The notes below the pieces were generated by a model that made no database searches, was not told the origin of the DNA, and saw nothing but the letters and a program-made list of their open reading frames with translations. This document shows, in pieces, positions 1 through 7,497 of a stretch of DNA of 14,033 nucleotides (position 1 is its first letter; every line of letters starts with the position of its first letter). The DNA is taken from NCBI GenBank assembly GCA_031372065.1, contig JANMKN010000119.1, forward strand, positions 1-14,033. The letters run 5' to 3'. Origin of the DNA: Abditibacteriaceae bacterium (lineage in GTDB: Bacteria > Armatimonadota > Abditibacteriia > Abditibacteriales > Abditibacteriaceae). The translations under genes were made by a program, and so were the position numbers.

Positions 1-21
1 CAGGAAGTAGACAATCACCCA

Positions 22-72
22 CAGGCCCAGAGCCGCGATTCTCCAATGGAGAATCGCGGCTCTATTGTTTTT
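22..72 (+). terminator. Conserved CAGGCCCAGAGCC-hairpin-T-tract element, copy 1
   Basis: CAGGCCCAGAGCC at 22-34; perfect inverted repeat AGAGCCGCGATTCTCCA (29-45)/TGGAGAATCGCGGCTCT (47-63); then ATTGTTTTT; GAGGAG RBS at 78-83. Confidence 0.8.
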
Positions 73-89
73 ACTTTGAGGAGACAATT

Positions 90-1163
90 ATGAAATTGTT
101 TGGACTAAACCGGAAACCGGAAGTGCGCGGCGAAGTTGCAACCCCACAAACACAAGGGGAGCAGACTGATTTCGCGGGCCGGGCACAGGCTATGAACGCG
201 CGCGCTGCGACAGCAACCACCACGGAAGATGCCATTAACGTCATGCAGGAAGCTGCTGGCATCACAAACGACCTGATGAAAGCTGTCTCGGCTATGGCGG
301 CTCCCAACCCGACAGAGCCGACAGACGAAACGACAGACGAGCCAACGGACGAAACCATTGGAGATGATGCAACGGCCCCTGACACTGCTGCTGCTCCTCC
401 CGCCTCCGATGCTGAGGCGCCTGCGGATGCAACTCCCGAAGATGCAACCTCGGCGACAGAGGATGACCCTGATAACGCACCGAAGCTGGCTAAATCTGTT
501 GAAGAATTGCTGGCCGAGGCCAATCGCGTCGCACAGGACAATGGCGCCGAACTTCAGGTGGACGCCTCTTCCTTGATTGGCGCGCTTTTGAAATCGGTGG
601 CCGCCAGTCAAGAACAAACCGAAACGACCAACAATTATTTGGAGCAACTGGGCGCGCTTCTCTCAAAATCACTCGAAGGCCTTTCCGCAATTGCGGAAAA
701 TCAGCAAGCCTTGCACGAAACCCAAGTGGCGCTTAATGAGCGCCTTGATCGCTTTGAAAACGACCAGCGTGAAGGCGCGATTGCTGCCGATAATCAGCCG
801 GAACAGCTTGCCAAGTCGGTAGAAGCGATGCTCCAGCCGATTATCGGTTATGTGAACTCGCAAAGGCAGGCACCGCAAGGAACGCCCGCCGGACGCGCGC
901 CGCTGGCGCCGAATTCCGTGGTTGGGGTTAGTCTGGCCGATGCTGCGCCGCTCATTGAGCCGGAAGTCGAATCATTCAACGGCTTTACGCGTGCTGAATT
1001 AAAGAAGAGCATCGAGGTGCATATTCGTTCTGACCGCGCCAAAGAAACTGGCATTAACTCCCAGCATTTTTTGGCGATTGGCCGCACGCCGCTTTCCGAA
1101 CTTGATCCGTTGATTTATGAAATCGCGGCCAGGGAACTAAAGCGGCCTTTACCCGGCAATTAA
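90..1163 (+). CDS. Putative capsid scaffolding/internal head protein (357 aa)
   Basis: GAGGAG RBS; acidic, Ala/Thr/Pro-rich disordered N-half and helical middle; directly upstream of the major capsid gene; six L-x-K-[S/A]-[V/L/I] motifs. Confidence 0.7.
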   Translation: MKLFGLNRKPEVRGEVATPQTQGEQTDFAGRAQAMNARAATATTTEDAINVMQEAAGITNDLMKAVSAMAAPNPTEPTDETTDEPTDETIGDDATAPDTAAAPPASDAEAPADATPEDATSATEDDPDNAPKLAKSVEELLAEANRVAQDNGAELQVDASSLIGALLKSVAASQEQTETTNNYLEQLGALLSKSLEGLSAIAENQQALHETQVALNERLDRFENDQREGAIAADNQPEQLAKSVEAMLQPIIGYVNSQRQAPQGTPAGRAPLAPNSVVGVSLADAAPLIEPEVESFNGFTRAELKKSIEVHIRSDRAKETGINSQHFLAIGRTPLSELDPLIYEIAARELKRPLPGN

Positions 1164-1280
1164 CCGCAGTTTTCACACATTCAAACATTCCAGAGCGCCA
1201 AATAGCCAAAGGCTTTAGCTTCCCGCTTCATAGCTACCAGCTTCAAGACGCGCCATTTCGCATTTAGTGAGGAAAACACA

Positions 1281-2783
1281 ATGGATTTCCCCAATGGTAA
1301 TACGCTGAGTTGGAAAGACTTTCAAAAGTCGATCTCAGCGACGTATGAAACGCGTTTTGGCGCGGACGTAGCGGCTGGCATGGCCGAGGCGTTCATGGAA
1401 AGCGCTCTGGAAAAGGGTTTGGCTTCGACTGGCACGCAGGCCATCGCCGGTGTGACAACGGGCGGCGACGCCACCACAATGGAATCGCTTTATGATGAGG
1501 TCGTTTCAACCGAACTCAACATGAAGGATCACGCCACCATCTGGAACGATTTGCAGAAAATTCCGGTTTTCGAAGAATTTGTGCAGAAGGTGGACATGAA
1601 CTCCTACGGCGGTTTCCGTCGTGGCGGCTTCATTAACCCCAACGTCGCCAGTGGCGGCGTAACCGGACGCGTGCCCAATCTCAAGCGCGCCGGCATTCCT
1701 GTTCGCTGGGTGGGCGGGCGCTTTCAAACGTTCACCAACTTGAACAGCCAGCGCACGCTCGGCCTCAACACCGACCCGGCAATTGGCAACGCCACCGAGA
1801 TCAACTCGGAAGCTCGCTTGCAGCAGATGATTCTCAACGCCAACGAATTGTGTTGGCATGGCGACAACGACATCAACTCGCTCGAACCAGAAGGCATTTT
1901 GAAGCAGATTCGCGGGCACTATAGCAAGGCCAAGCCAACGCGCCTTGATATGAAAGGCCAGCCGATCACGCGTGATTTCGTGCCGACGCTGCGCACTATG
2001 TTGCGCCTTTCCGGTGGCAACTGGACGCATTTCTACGGCGCGCCCACGATGTATAACGACTTGGAATTATCCATGCTCGGTGACATCCGCCGCGCGGACG
2101 GTCAGGCTGCCACGCTCGGTATGTATCCCGAAGAGGCTTTGATTCGGGACTTGGGCGGCAAGCGTGGCACCTCGCAACTGCGCGAAGACCAATTCTTGGA
2201 AGGCCTCGGCGATGAGCCGACTGTCGGCGACGACGGCGCGCCCACGCGTCCCTCGGCGGTCACAGCCGCAGCGGCCACCAACGCCGCAGGTACGAACTTC
2301 TGGGGTTCCAACTTGGCAGCGGGTGTTTATTACTATTCTGCTGCCGCAGTCGGCATCAATGGCCGTTCGGCCATTCGCGCGTTGACTGGTAGCGTGACGG
2401 TGACCAGTGGTCAGGCTGTAACACTGACCATTACCAATGCCGATGCCGGAACGGTCTTCTTTGAGATTTATCGCGGCACAACGGCCACCAACCGCAAATA
2501 TCTCTATCGTGTCACCGCCGAAGGCATTGACTCCGGTTCGACGCAGACTTTCAAGGACGATGGCGAATGGGTGCCGAACTGCTCCACTGCCGTTGCGCTA
2601 ACGATTCGTCCGATGCGCAAATGCCAGAGCATTCACATCGCGCAGCTGCTCCCCACCACCAAAGTGGAATTGCCGCCGGAATTGATGGCGCGTGAAGCTG
2701 GCTGGATCTGCGGCTTTACACCGCGTGTGATGAACGAAGTTCACAACGTCGAAATCGTCAACATTGGCCGTTACACCGGCTAA
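1281..2783 (+). CDS. Major capsid protein, SPO1/Twort/phage K-like (500 aa)
   Basis: GAGG RBS at 1269-1272. Motifs recall Herelleviridae capsid proteins: GGDATTMESLYDEV (cf. AGALRREILDDQI), IWNDLQKIP, PNLKR, ELCWHGD...LEPEGILKQI (cf. EWASFYGD...LEFDGLAKLI), Ig-like insertion YYYSAAAV...VTLTI...EIYRG, and IAQLLPTTKVEL (cf. FELLPMMKLPL). Confidence 0.9.
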   Translation: MDFPNGNTLSWKDFQKSISATYETRFGADVAAGMAEAFMESALEKGLASTGTQAIAGVTTGGDATTMESLYDEVVSTELNMKDHATIWNDLQKIPVFEEFVQKVDMNSYGGFRRGGFINPNVASGGVTGRVPNLKRAGIPVRWVGGRFQTFTNLNSQRTLGLNTDPAIGNATEINSEARLQQMILNANELCWHGDNDINSLEPEGILKQIRGHYSKAKPTRLDMKGQPITRDFVPTLRTMLRLSGGNWTHFYGAPTMYNDLELSMLGDIRRADGQAATLGMYPEEALIRDLGGKRGTSQLREDQFLEGLGDEPTVGDDGAPTRPSAVTAAAATNAAGTNFWGSNLAAGVYYYSAAAVGINGRSAIRALTGSVTVTSGQAVTLTITNADAGTVFFEIYRGTTATNRKYLYRVTAEGIDSGSTQTFKDDGEWVPNCSTAVALTIRPMRKCQSIHIAQLLPTTKVELPPELMAREAGWICGFTPRVMNEVHNVEIVNIGRYTG

Positions 2784-2807
2784 AATCGGCGATGGAACCA
2801 ATTAACT

Positions 2808-2846
2808 TTAAGAGAGATGTGCTACTCAATAGCACATCTCTCTTAA
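2808..2846 (+). terminator. 17-bp perfect hairpin after the capsid gene (terminator or 3' mRNA-stabilising stem)
   Basis: TTAAGAGAGATGTGCTA (2808-2824), loop CTCAA, TAGCACATCTCTCTTAA (2830-2846); no clear T-tract. Confidence 0.65.
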
Positions 2847-2881
2847 TTCAAATCTATCAAGAGAATTTCTGAAGAGATTTG

Positions 2882-2914
2882 AAAACCCACCAATATCCAC
2901 CAAAACCCACCAAT
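2882..2914. repeat. 10-bp imperfect tandem repeat (~3.3 copies)
   Basis: AAAACCCACC-AATATCCACC-AAAACCCACC-AAT. Confidence 0.75.
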
Positions 2915-2941
2915 TTCAGGTAAAAACAAAGGAGTTTTTCG

Positions 2942-4162
2942 ATGAAACGACATCTGAAACAAAAACATTGCTTATTACTATTTGCTGCCTTGTTGAGCGG
3001 CATTTGCTTTGCCTTGCCTTGCGCCGCCATTCCCCGTGCGCCTATTCCCTGCGCGATTCCGACTTTGGACCTTACGGTGAACCATGGTTCACAAAACGTC
3101 GTGACGCGCTATAATAAAGCGCGAATCTCTTTGTCCGGCTTCACTCTTCCCCTGCCGGAGGGAAAGGCAAAAACCATGTCCAACGTGCCAGAAACGTCTC
3201 CAAGCACATCCGTCATTCCACGCGATACGGATGGCACTCCGTTATCCTCGACACCGATCATATTGCGCGGCTCTCAGCCGATGCGCCCTGCTGAAAAGGT
3301 GCCACTGGTCAAATTACAATGCTCCGATTCATTCGAGCATATGTGGGGTGAACCAACACAAACCGGCGCGGGACAAGCGCACATCGGCGCCGACGGCGTG
3401 GTGTTGGAACCAGCGCCGATTGCCAGTGCCTTGCTGAAAGTTTTCGTGGAAGACCCTAAAACTAAGGTGCGCGACTTTGTTTTCAAAGCAGCGACTGACG
3501 CTTATTTGAAAATTGTCGCCGATTACGAGAAATCCCTTTCTCGAAATCCACAGACGGATGAAGATTTTGGGCCTTTGGTCATCATTGAATGCCCGACTCT
3601 GGCTGGGGAACAGACGACCACGCCGGCAGGCACGACGATTGACTTTGATGCGCAGGGCATCGGTATCACTGGCGAGCGCATTTATCAGCAAATGCGTCCG
3701 GCGTTTGCTGGCGATGGCACCAACACCACCAAAGATGCTCACGAAATCTTTTTCCGGGGTTATGTGGAATCTGCTAACGAAAGTGCGAACGAAGCACCTA
3801 ATGAAACCGCTGTCAGCGAAGCGCCTGTTGGAGTGGACAACGCAGAAATGCGTCAGTCTGATAGTGAATCAAGCAGCGGTTCACAGCCGCCCTTGCCGCC
3901 CTTGCCTCCCTCGTATGAGGATGGTGGATTGCTCGCGCAACGTCTGTCTGCTGTGATTGGTGCCGACAAGGTCAAGCTGCTAATCGATGCAGGTTTGACT
4001 GATGTAATAAGACTGTCAAATGCAATGCACGACAGCAGTTTTCCCAAGGGCTTCGGCGCGGCCAGCGTCAAAAAGCTGGAGGAGTTTTTGACTGCGGAAC
4101 TGGACACTCCCACAGATGTTCCCGCAAACACTCAGACGCCCGAAACGCCAGACGCTTCGTAA
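2942..4162 (+). CDS. Phage protein with internally duplicated small domain and C-terminal helix-hairpin-helix; second in-frame start at 3176
   Basis: AAAGGAG RBS before ATG 2942 and GGAGGGAAAGG before ATG 3176. GADKVKLLIDAGLTDVIRL...KGFGAASVKKL fits an HhH (RadA/NusA-type) pattern. LVKLQC...WGEPTQTGAGQAHIGADGVV resembles LVIIEC...AGEQTTTPAGTTIDFDAQGIG. Confidence 0.7.
   Translation: MKRHLKQKHCLLLFAALLSGICFALPCAAIPRAPIPCAIPTLDLTVNHGSQNVVTRYNKARISLSGFTLPLPEGKAKTMSNVPETSPSTSVIPRDTDGTPLSSTPIILRGSQPMRPAEKVPLVKLQCSDSFEHMWGEPTQTGAGQAHIGADGVVLEPAPIASALLKVFVEDPKTKVRDFVFKAATDAYLKIVADYEKSLSRNPQTDEDFGPLVIIECPTLAGEQTTTPAGTTIDFDAQGIGITGERIYQQMRPAFAGDGTNTTKDAHEIFFRGYVESANESANEAPNETAVSEAPVGVDNAEMRQSDSESSSGSQPPLPPLPPSYEDGGLLAQRLSAVIGADKVKLLIDAGLTDVIRLSNAMHDSSFPKGFGAASVKKLEEFLTAELDTPTDVPANTQTPETPDAS
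3077..3092. promoter_or_regulatory. 16-bp perfect palindrome GTGAACCATGGTTCAC, candidate operator
   Basis: Perfect palindrome, identical copy at 7410-7425; contains GAAC-N4-GTTC; overlaps a candidate -35. Confidence 0.55.
3088..3115 (+). promoter_or_regulatory. Candidate sigma70-type promoter upstream of ATG 3176
   Basis: TTCACA (3088-3093), 16-nt spacer, perfect TATAAT (3110-3115). Confidence 0.5.
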
Positions 4163-4181
4163 ACTGATTTATTCGCATTAA

Positions 4182-4232
4182 CAGGCCAAGAGCCGCAATT
4201 TCCTAAAAGGAAATTGCGGCTCTTTTGTTTTT
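4182..4232 (+). terminator. Conserved element, copy 2
   Basis: CAGGCCAAGAGCC at 4182-4194; 17-bp stem AAGAGCCGCAATTTCCT (4188-4204)/AGGAAATTGCGGCTCTT (4208-4224); then TTGTTTTT; AAAGGA RBS before ATG 4260. Confidence 0.8.
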
Positions 4233-4259
4233 ATAAGAAAAAATCTGAAAGGAAAACCG

Positions 4260-4700
4260 ATGGCAAATCATTTTTTAGATAATGTGACGGATATGTTCCC
4301 ACCCGAAGAAAAGCGCGTGGCGAAACCAAAAGACACGAATTTGCCTGATAATTTGGTCTGGCAATCAACAGGCCGCGCCGCCTCGCGCCTTGTGACCCAA
4401 GATTTTACGTTAGCGGTCGCTCTCTTATGTGCTGGATGGGAGGCGCCGGATTTGACTCCCATTGGTCACTCCAAGCGTGGCAGACTGCGCGTTTCCTTTA
4501 GTTTTCCTATGCCAAAAGGCCACTCCCAAGCCGCTGTCGAAGATAAATTCCTCCGCAAAGAAATGCGTGCAGAGGTGAGTCGCGTTTTTGCGGAATCGCA
4601 ATCGTTAAAGGCGCGCATTTATCGCTTGTCGCGTTCATTAGATGAAAACGCAGCCAATGACACTGGGAATCAAGAAAGCAGCGAACCGGACGGGCAATGA
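4260..4700 (+). CDS. DUF5659-like small protein (146 aa), possibly nucleic-acid binding
   Basis: Pattern TQDFTLAVALLCAGW...RVSFSF...LKARIY recalls DUF5659; AAAGGA RBS; basic segment SKRGRLR. Confidence 0.55.
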   Translation: MANHFLDNVTDMFPPEEKRVAKPKDTNLPDNLVWQSTGRAASRLVTQDFTLAVALLCAGWEAPDLTPIGHSKRGRLRVSFSFPMPKGHSQAAVEDKFLRKEMRAEVSRVFAESQSLKARIYRLSRSLDENAANDTGNQESSEPDGQ

Positions 4701-4732
4701 ACTGAATGGGTAGGGAAGGGCGATAGGTTTAT

Positions 4733-5593
4733 ATGGCAAAACCCCTGATTGTCAGTTCCGCGCAAGTGCGCAAGGCTCTGGCTGGAGCCTCCATGCAGCG
4801 TTTCATCAGCGCGCTTGGCGCAACGGAAGAAGAGCGCAACGCCGAAATCGAGACTTTAGTGCGCGAATCACAAAGCGAGTTTGAAACGCTTTGCGGCGTG
4901 CATCTTTTTGAGACCCGCATCATCTCCCGGCCTGCGGCGGCGACTCTGACGCGCCGCACCGCGCTGGATGCCAATGATTACGACAAACTGGAAGACGGCT
5001 ACACCTATTTCGCTGATGATTTCCGGCGCGGGCCGGTTTCCGTGCGTTTGCGTAAACGCCCGATTGTGTCGGTGCAGGGCGCCTCGCTGTCTTGGGGTAA
5101 TACTGTGCAAGGCAAGCTGCTCGAATTTCCCCAAGACTGGATGGGCGCCGACTCGCGTTTGGGCAATTTGCAAATCATGGCGGTTTTTGGTTCTGGCACT
5201 CTGCGCATCAACAATGGCCTGTTGATGCTGCCGGTCTTGGGGGCCATTATGCAAAGCGGCGCCGTTCCGCTGCTCTTTTGCATCCATTACACGGCGGGTT
5301 TTCTGCCTTATGATTTCAATCCCGACACGGATGATTTGGATGAGGCGTGCCCCGACTTTGAAAATATTCGCATGGTCGCTGCTGGTGTCAAAGCGCTGAC
5401 CGCGCTCAAAGTCCTGAAAAATACGCGTTTTGCCAAAGGCGCCGGTGGCGGCGCTGTGGCGATTGACGGCATCTCGCAAACTCATCAAGCCGGACGCTTT
5501 GCCGATGAAATTCAAACGCTGGCCGATGATGTCAAAAATGCCAAAACTGCACTGAAAGAATTTATGGGCGGCGTGGATTTCATGTTTGCGTAA
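4733..5593 (+). CDS. Head-tail adaptor/neck protein (286 aa), phage K/Twort-like
   Basis: VRLRKRPIVSV, FPQDW, IHYTAGF and C-terminal AIDGISQT...EIQTLADDVK...LKEFMG recall the neck protein downstream of Twort-like capsid genes; synteny agrees. Confidence 0.75.
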   Translation: MAKPLIVSSAQVRKALAGASMQRFISALGATEEERNAEIETLVRESQSEFETLCGVHLFETRIISRPAAATLTRRTALDANDYDKLEDGYTYFADDFRRGPVSVRLRKRPIVSVQGASLSWGNTVQGKLLEFPQDWMGADSRLGNLQIMAVFGSGTLRINNGLLMLPVLGAIMQSGAVPLLFCIHYTAGFLPYDFNPDTDDLDEACPDFENIRMVAAGVKALTALKVLKNTRFAKGAGGGAVAIDGISQTHQAGRFADEIQTLADDVKNAKTALKEFMGGVDFMFA

Positions 5594-5618
5594 AAGGCTT
5601 TGTAAAACGCTTTGTATC

Positions 5619-5828
5619 ATGCCACTTTTTGTGATTCCACATTCTTTTAGTTTAGGCCTCTGGTTGGTTGTATTTGCGGTTGTGGGGTGGCGTTCGTTGG
5701 ATGAGCGCCAAAAGACCATCCTTGACGACGATGATTTTCCAGTGGGCTTTGTTTGCGTCATTGTTTTTGTATGGGGCGTGTGCCTGATAGTCTCCACTGG
5801 CGCTCTCTGGGTCTTCTCCGGCCTATAA
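5619..5828 (+). CDS. Small membrane protein with two hydrophobic helices (69 aa from ATG 5619; track start TTG 5586)
   Basis: FSLGLWLVVFAVVGW and PVGFVCVIVFVWGVCLIVSTGALWVF separated by a charged loop (RSLDERQKTILDDDD); fills the gap between two neck genes. Confidence 0.6.
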   Translation: MPLFVIPHSFSLGLWLVVFAVVGWRSLDERQKTILDDDDFPVGFVCVIVFVWGVCLIVSTGALWVFSGL

Positions 5829-5868
5829 AAATAAAAGGGGGACAAAGGTAAATCCAAGGTAAATCGAA

Positions 5869-6558
5869 ATGGCAGACGCGTGGATTGACATAGATGCAGA
5901 CGACATTGCCGAACTTGTGGCTGATCGCGGCGAATTCGTAGATGTTTATCGCGCCACGCCTTGCCCCTCGTGCCTCAATCAGGATGCCGCCAACGAAAGT
6001 TCGCGCGTCGAAGGTTGCCCTTATGGCTGCGAGGATGGGCAAATCTACGCTTTACTCGAATTGCCTGACGATGTAGTTGTTGTGATTTACGACTACAACA
6101 AGGGTGTCTGGCGCCCCGAATTTGGCCGCGTGCCTTCCGGCGAAGCGAAATGGATTAGCATGGCGGCGCAAGTGACACTGGGCAATCAGGATCGTGTGGT
6201 TTTAAAAGACCGTGAGGAAGAAGCGCGGCAAACTGTCAAACGCGGCGTTGACACCTTATCGCATCCTTTCGCATTCGAGGTCTTACGAGTAGAGCAAGGC
6301 TTAACGCAATTTGTGGAGGGCGACGATTTTGAATTGGTGCCAGGCACACAGGACAATGCCGGCAATCCCTTCACGCCCTCCTCCATTAACTGGCTGACCG
6401 ATGGCCCGGACGTAGACGAGAATTACTCCGTGTCTTATCTTCGCCGTCCGCGTCTCATTTATCGCGGTGATGATATGCGGCCCGCGCGCCGTAATTTCAC
6501 CGGCGATCAGCTGGTGCAACGTTTAACACTCACGATTCTGCCACTGGCAAATGGATAA
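5869..6558 (+). CDS. Head-closure/neck protein with putative Zn-binding cysteines (229 aa)
   Basis: LVADRGEFVDVYRATPCPSC...GCPYGCEDGQIY recalls the DRG...CPC...CPRCHG motif of the Twort-like protein that follows the adaptor; AAGGT RBS. Confidence 0.7.
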   Translation: MADAWIDIDADDIAELVADRGEFVDVYRATPCPSCLNQDAANESSRVEGCPYGCEDGQIYALLELPDDVVVVIYDYNKGVWRPEFGRVPSGEAKWISMAAQVTLGNQDRVVLKDREEEARQTVKRGVDTLSHPFAFEVLRVEQGLTQFVEGDDFELVPGTQDNAGNPFTPSSINWLTDGPDVDENYSVSYLRRPRLIYRGDDMRPARRNFTGDQLVQRLTLTILPLANG

Positions 6559-6560
6559 GC

Positions 6561-7379
6561 ATGAATACTTTCAGCGTTCATTCATGGGGGCGAGAAGGCG
6601 TAAACGGCGCAATGGAAACTCCCTTATCAACTCCCTTATCAACTCCCTTATCAACTACCTTGGGGTTTGCGGTGCCTCGGTCTGGAGAACCTGGAGAATC
6701 AAGCGAAGTAGCACCCATCGGGCAAATTGGGCAAATCACGCGCGCGCTGCCCTCGTTGCAGAATATCGTGCGCGTGGTCGGCCATCCCTCGATGCGTATT
6801 TTTCAGGATAGCAATGGGTGGACTGTTTTGGCCTTGCGGCGCAATATCTCTCGCATGGTGGAACTGGGCCAAAGCGATGTGCAGTTCATCCAGCAGTTTG
6901 GGGATCGTGTTTTAGCGCAATTAAAAGCGATGTCGCGCGGGCCACTCACAAAAAGGGATTTGCGCCGTTTGGGGCATCCTTACGGCTTTAATCGAAGTGG
7001 CGCGAATGGTCGTCAAATAAAGACAACACGCGCGCTGCCGCGCCGCGTAAACGGCAAATCCTTAAACCACGTCCAAGGCGTGCGGGGCAGTGTGCCCACG
7101 CTATCGATCATAAACAAACAATCCGGCGCGCTTGAAAAAGCGTGGCATTGGGATTGGGTGCGCGATGAAAATGGGTTTGAAATCCGTTTCTGGAACGAAA
7201 TGCCCTATGCTTTCCAATTGGCAAAAGGCACTAAGAAGATGCAAGCGCATGGCCCGTTTTCGTATGCACCCTTGCAGAATTTGCGGCAACTGGACAGCCA
7301 AATTCAGAGTGTCATCAGGCGCGTTCGAAGCCGCCAAATCGCCGAAATGATGACGGAAAACGTATTCGCCGTGTTGTGA
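6561..7379 (+). CDS. HK97-gp10-like neck/tail-completion protein (272 aa; start uncertain, alternative ATG 6792)
   Basis: Basic protein with QSGALEKAW...NEMPYAFQLAKGTKKMQAHGPF, matching the TGxL...PYA...GTxKM...PF pattern; ATG is 2 nt after the upstream stop. Confidence 0.65.
   Translation: MNTFSVHSWGREGVNGAMETPLSTPLSTPLSTTLGFAVPRSGEPGESSEVAPIGQIGQITRALPSLQNIVRVVGHPSMRIFQDSNGWTVLALRRNISRMVELGQSDVQFIQQFGDRVLAQLKAMSRGPLTKRDLRRLGHPYGFNRSGANGRQIKTTRALPRRVNGKSLNHVQGVRGSVPTLSIINKQSGALEKAWHWDWVRDENGFEIRFWNEMPYAFQLAKGTKKMQAHGPFSYAPLQNLRQLDSQIQSVIRRVRSRQIAEMMTENVFAVL
6617..6656 (+). repeat. 12-bp tandem repeat AACTCCCTTATC x3.3 (encodes TPLS x3)
   Basis: Exact copies at 6617, 6629 and 6641 plus a partial copy. 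Confidence 0.9.
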
Positions 7380-7440
7380 ACTGACTATTGTGAATTATGG
7401 TGAACTGTTGTGAACCATGGTTCACAATGGTTCACAATGG
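7374..7440. promoter_or_regulatory. 20-bp palindrome TTGTGAACCATGGTTCACAA (7408-7427) inside a 10-bp-phased half-site array
   Basis: GTGAA at 7376, 7390, 7400 and 7410; TTCAC at 7421 and 7431; lies in the intergenic gap. Confidence 0.55.
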
Positions 7441-7497
7441 GCTTTTCCTCATGGTGGATAAATCAGTAGATAAATCAAAGGAGTTTCCAAACCAACT

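Noticed and set aside
1190..1250. CCAGAGC and weak AGCT-rich periodicity upstream of the capsid gene as a degenerate element
   Set aside because: Only 7 nt match, with no long stem or T-tract.
5619..5828. Definite holin call
   Set aside because: No adjacent endolysin and no charged C-terminal tail; topology alone is insufficient.
4868..5857. 329-aa minus-strand ORF and other antisense or alternate-frame ORFs (71-541, 105-647, 1506-2030, 3513-3956, 9611-10069, 11503-11952)
   Set aside because: They shadow well-supported + strand genes, have no recognisable motifs and are expected at this GC content.
7408..7427. Rex, CRP or parS site
   Set aside because: Spacing is wrong for Rex (TTGTGAA-N4-TTCACAA; here N6) and CRP (TGTGA-N6-TCACA; here N8), and it does not match parS TGTTTCACGTGAAACA.
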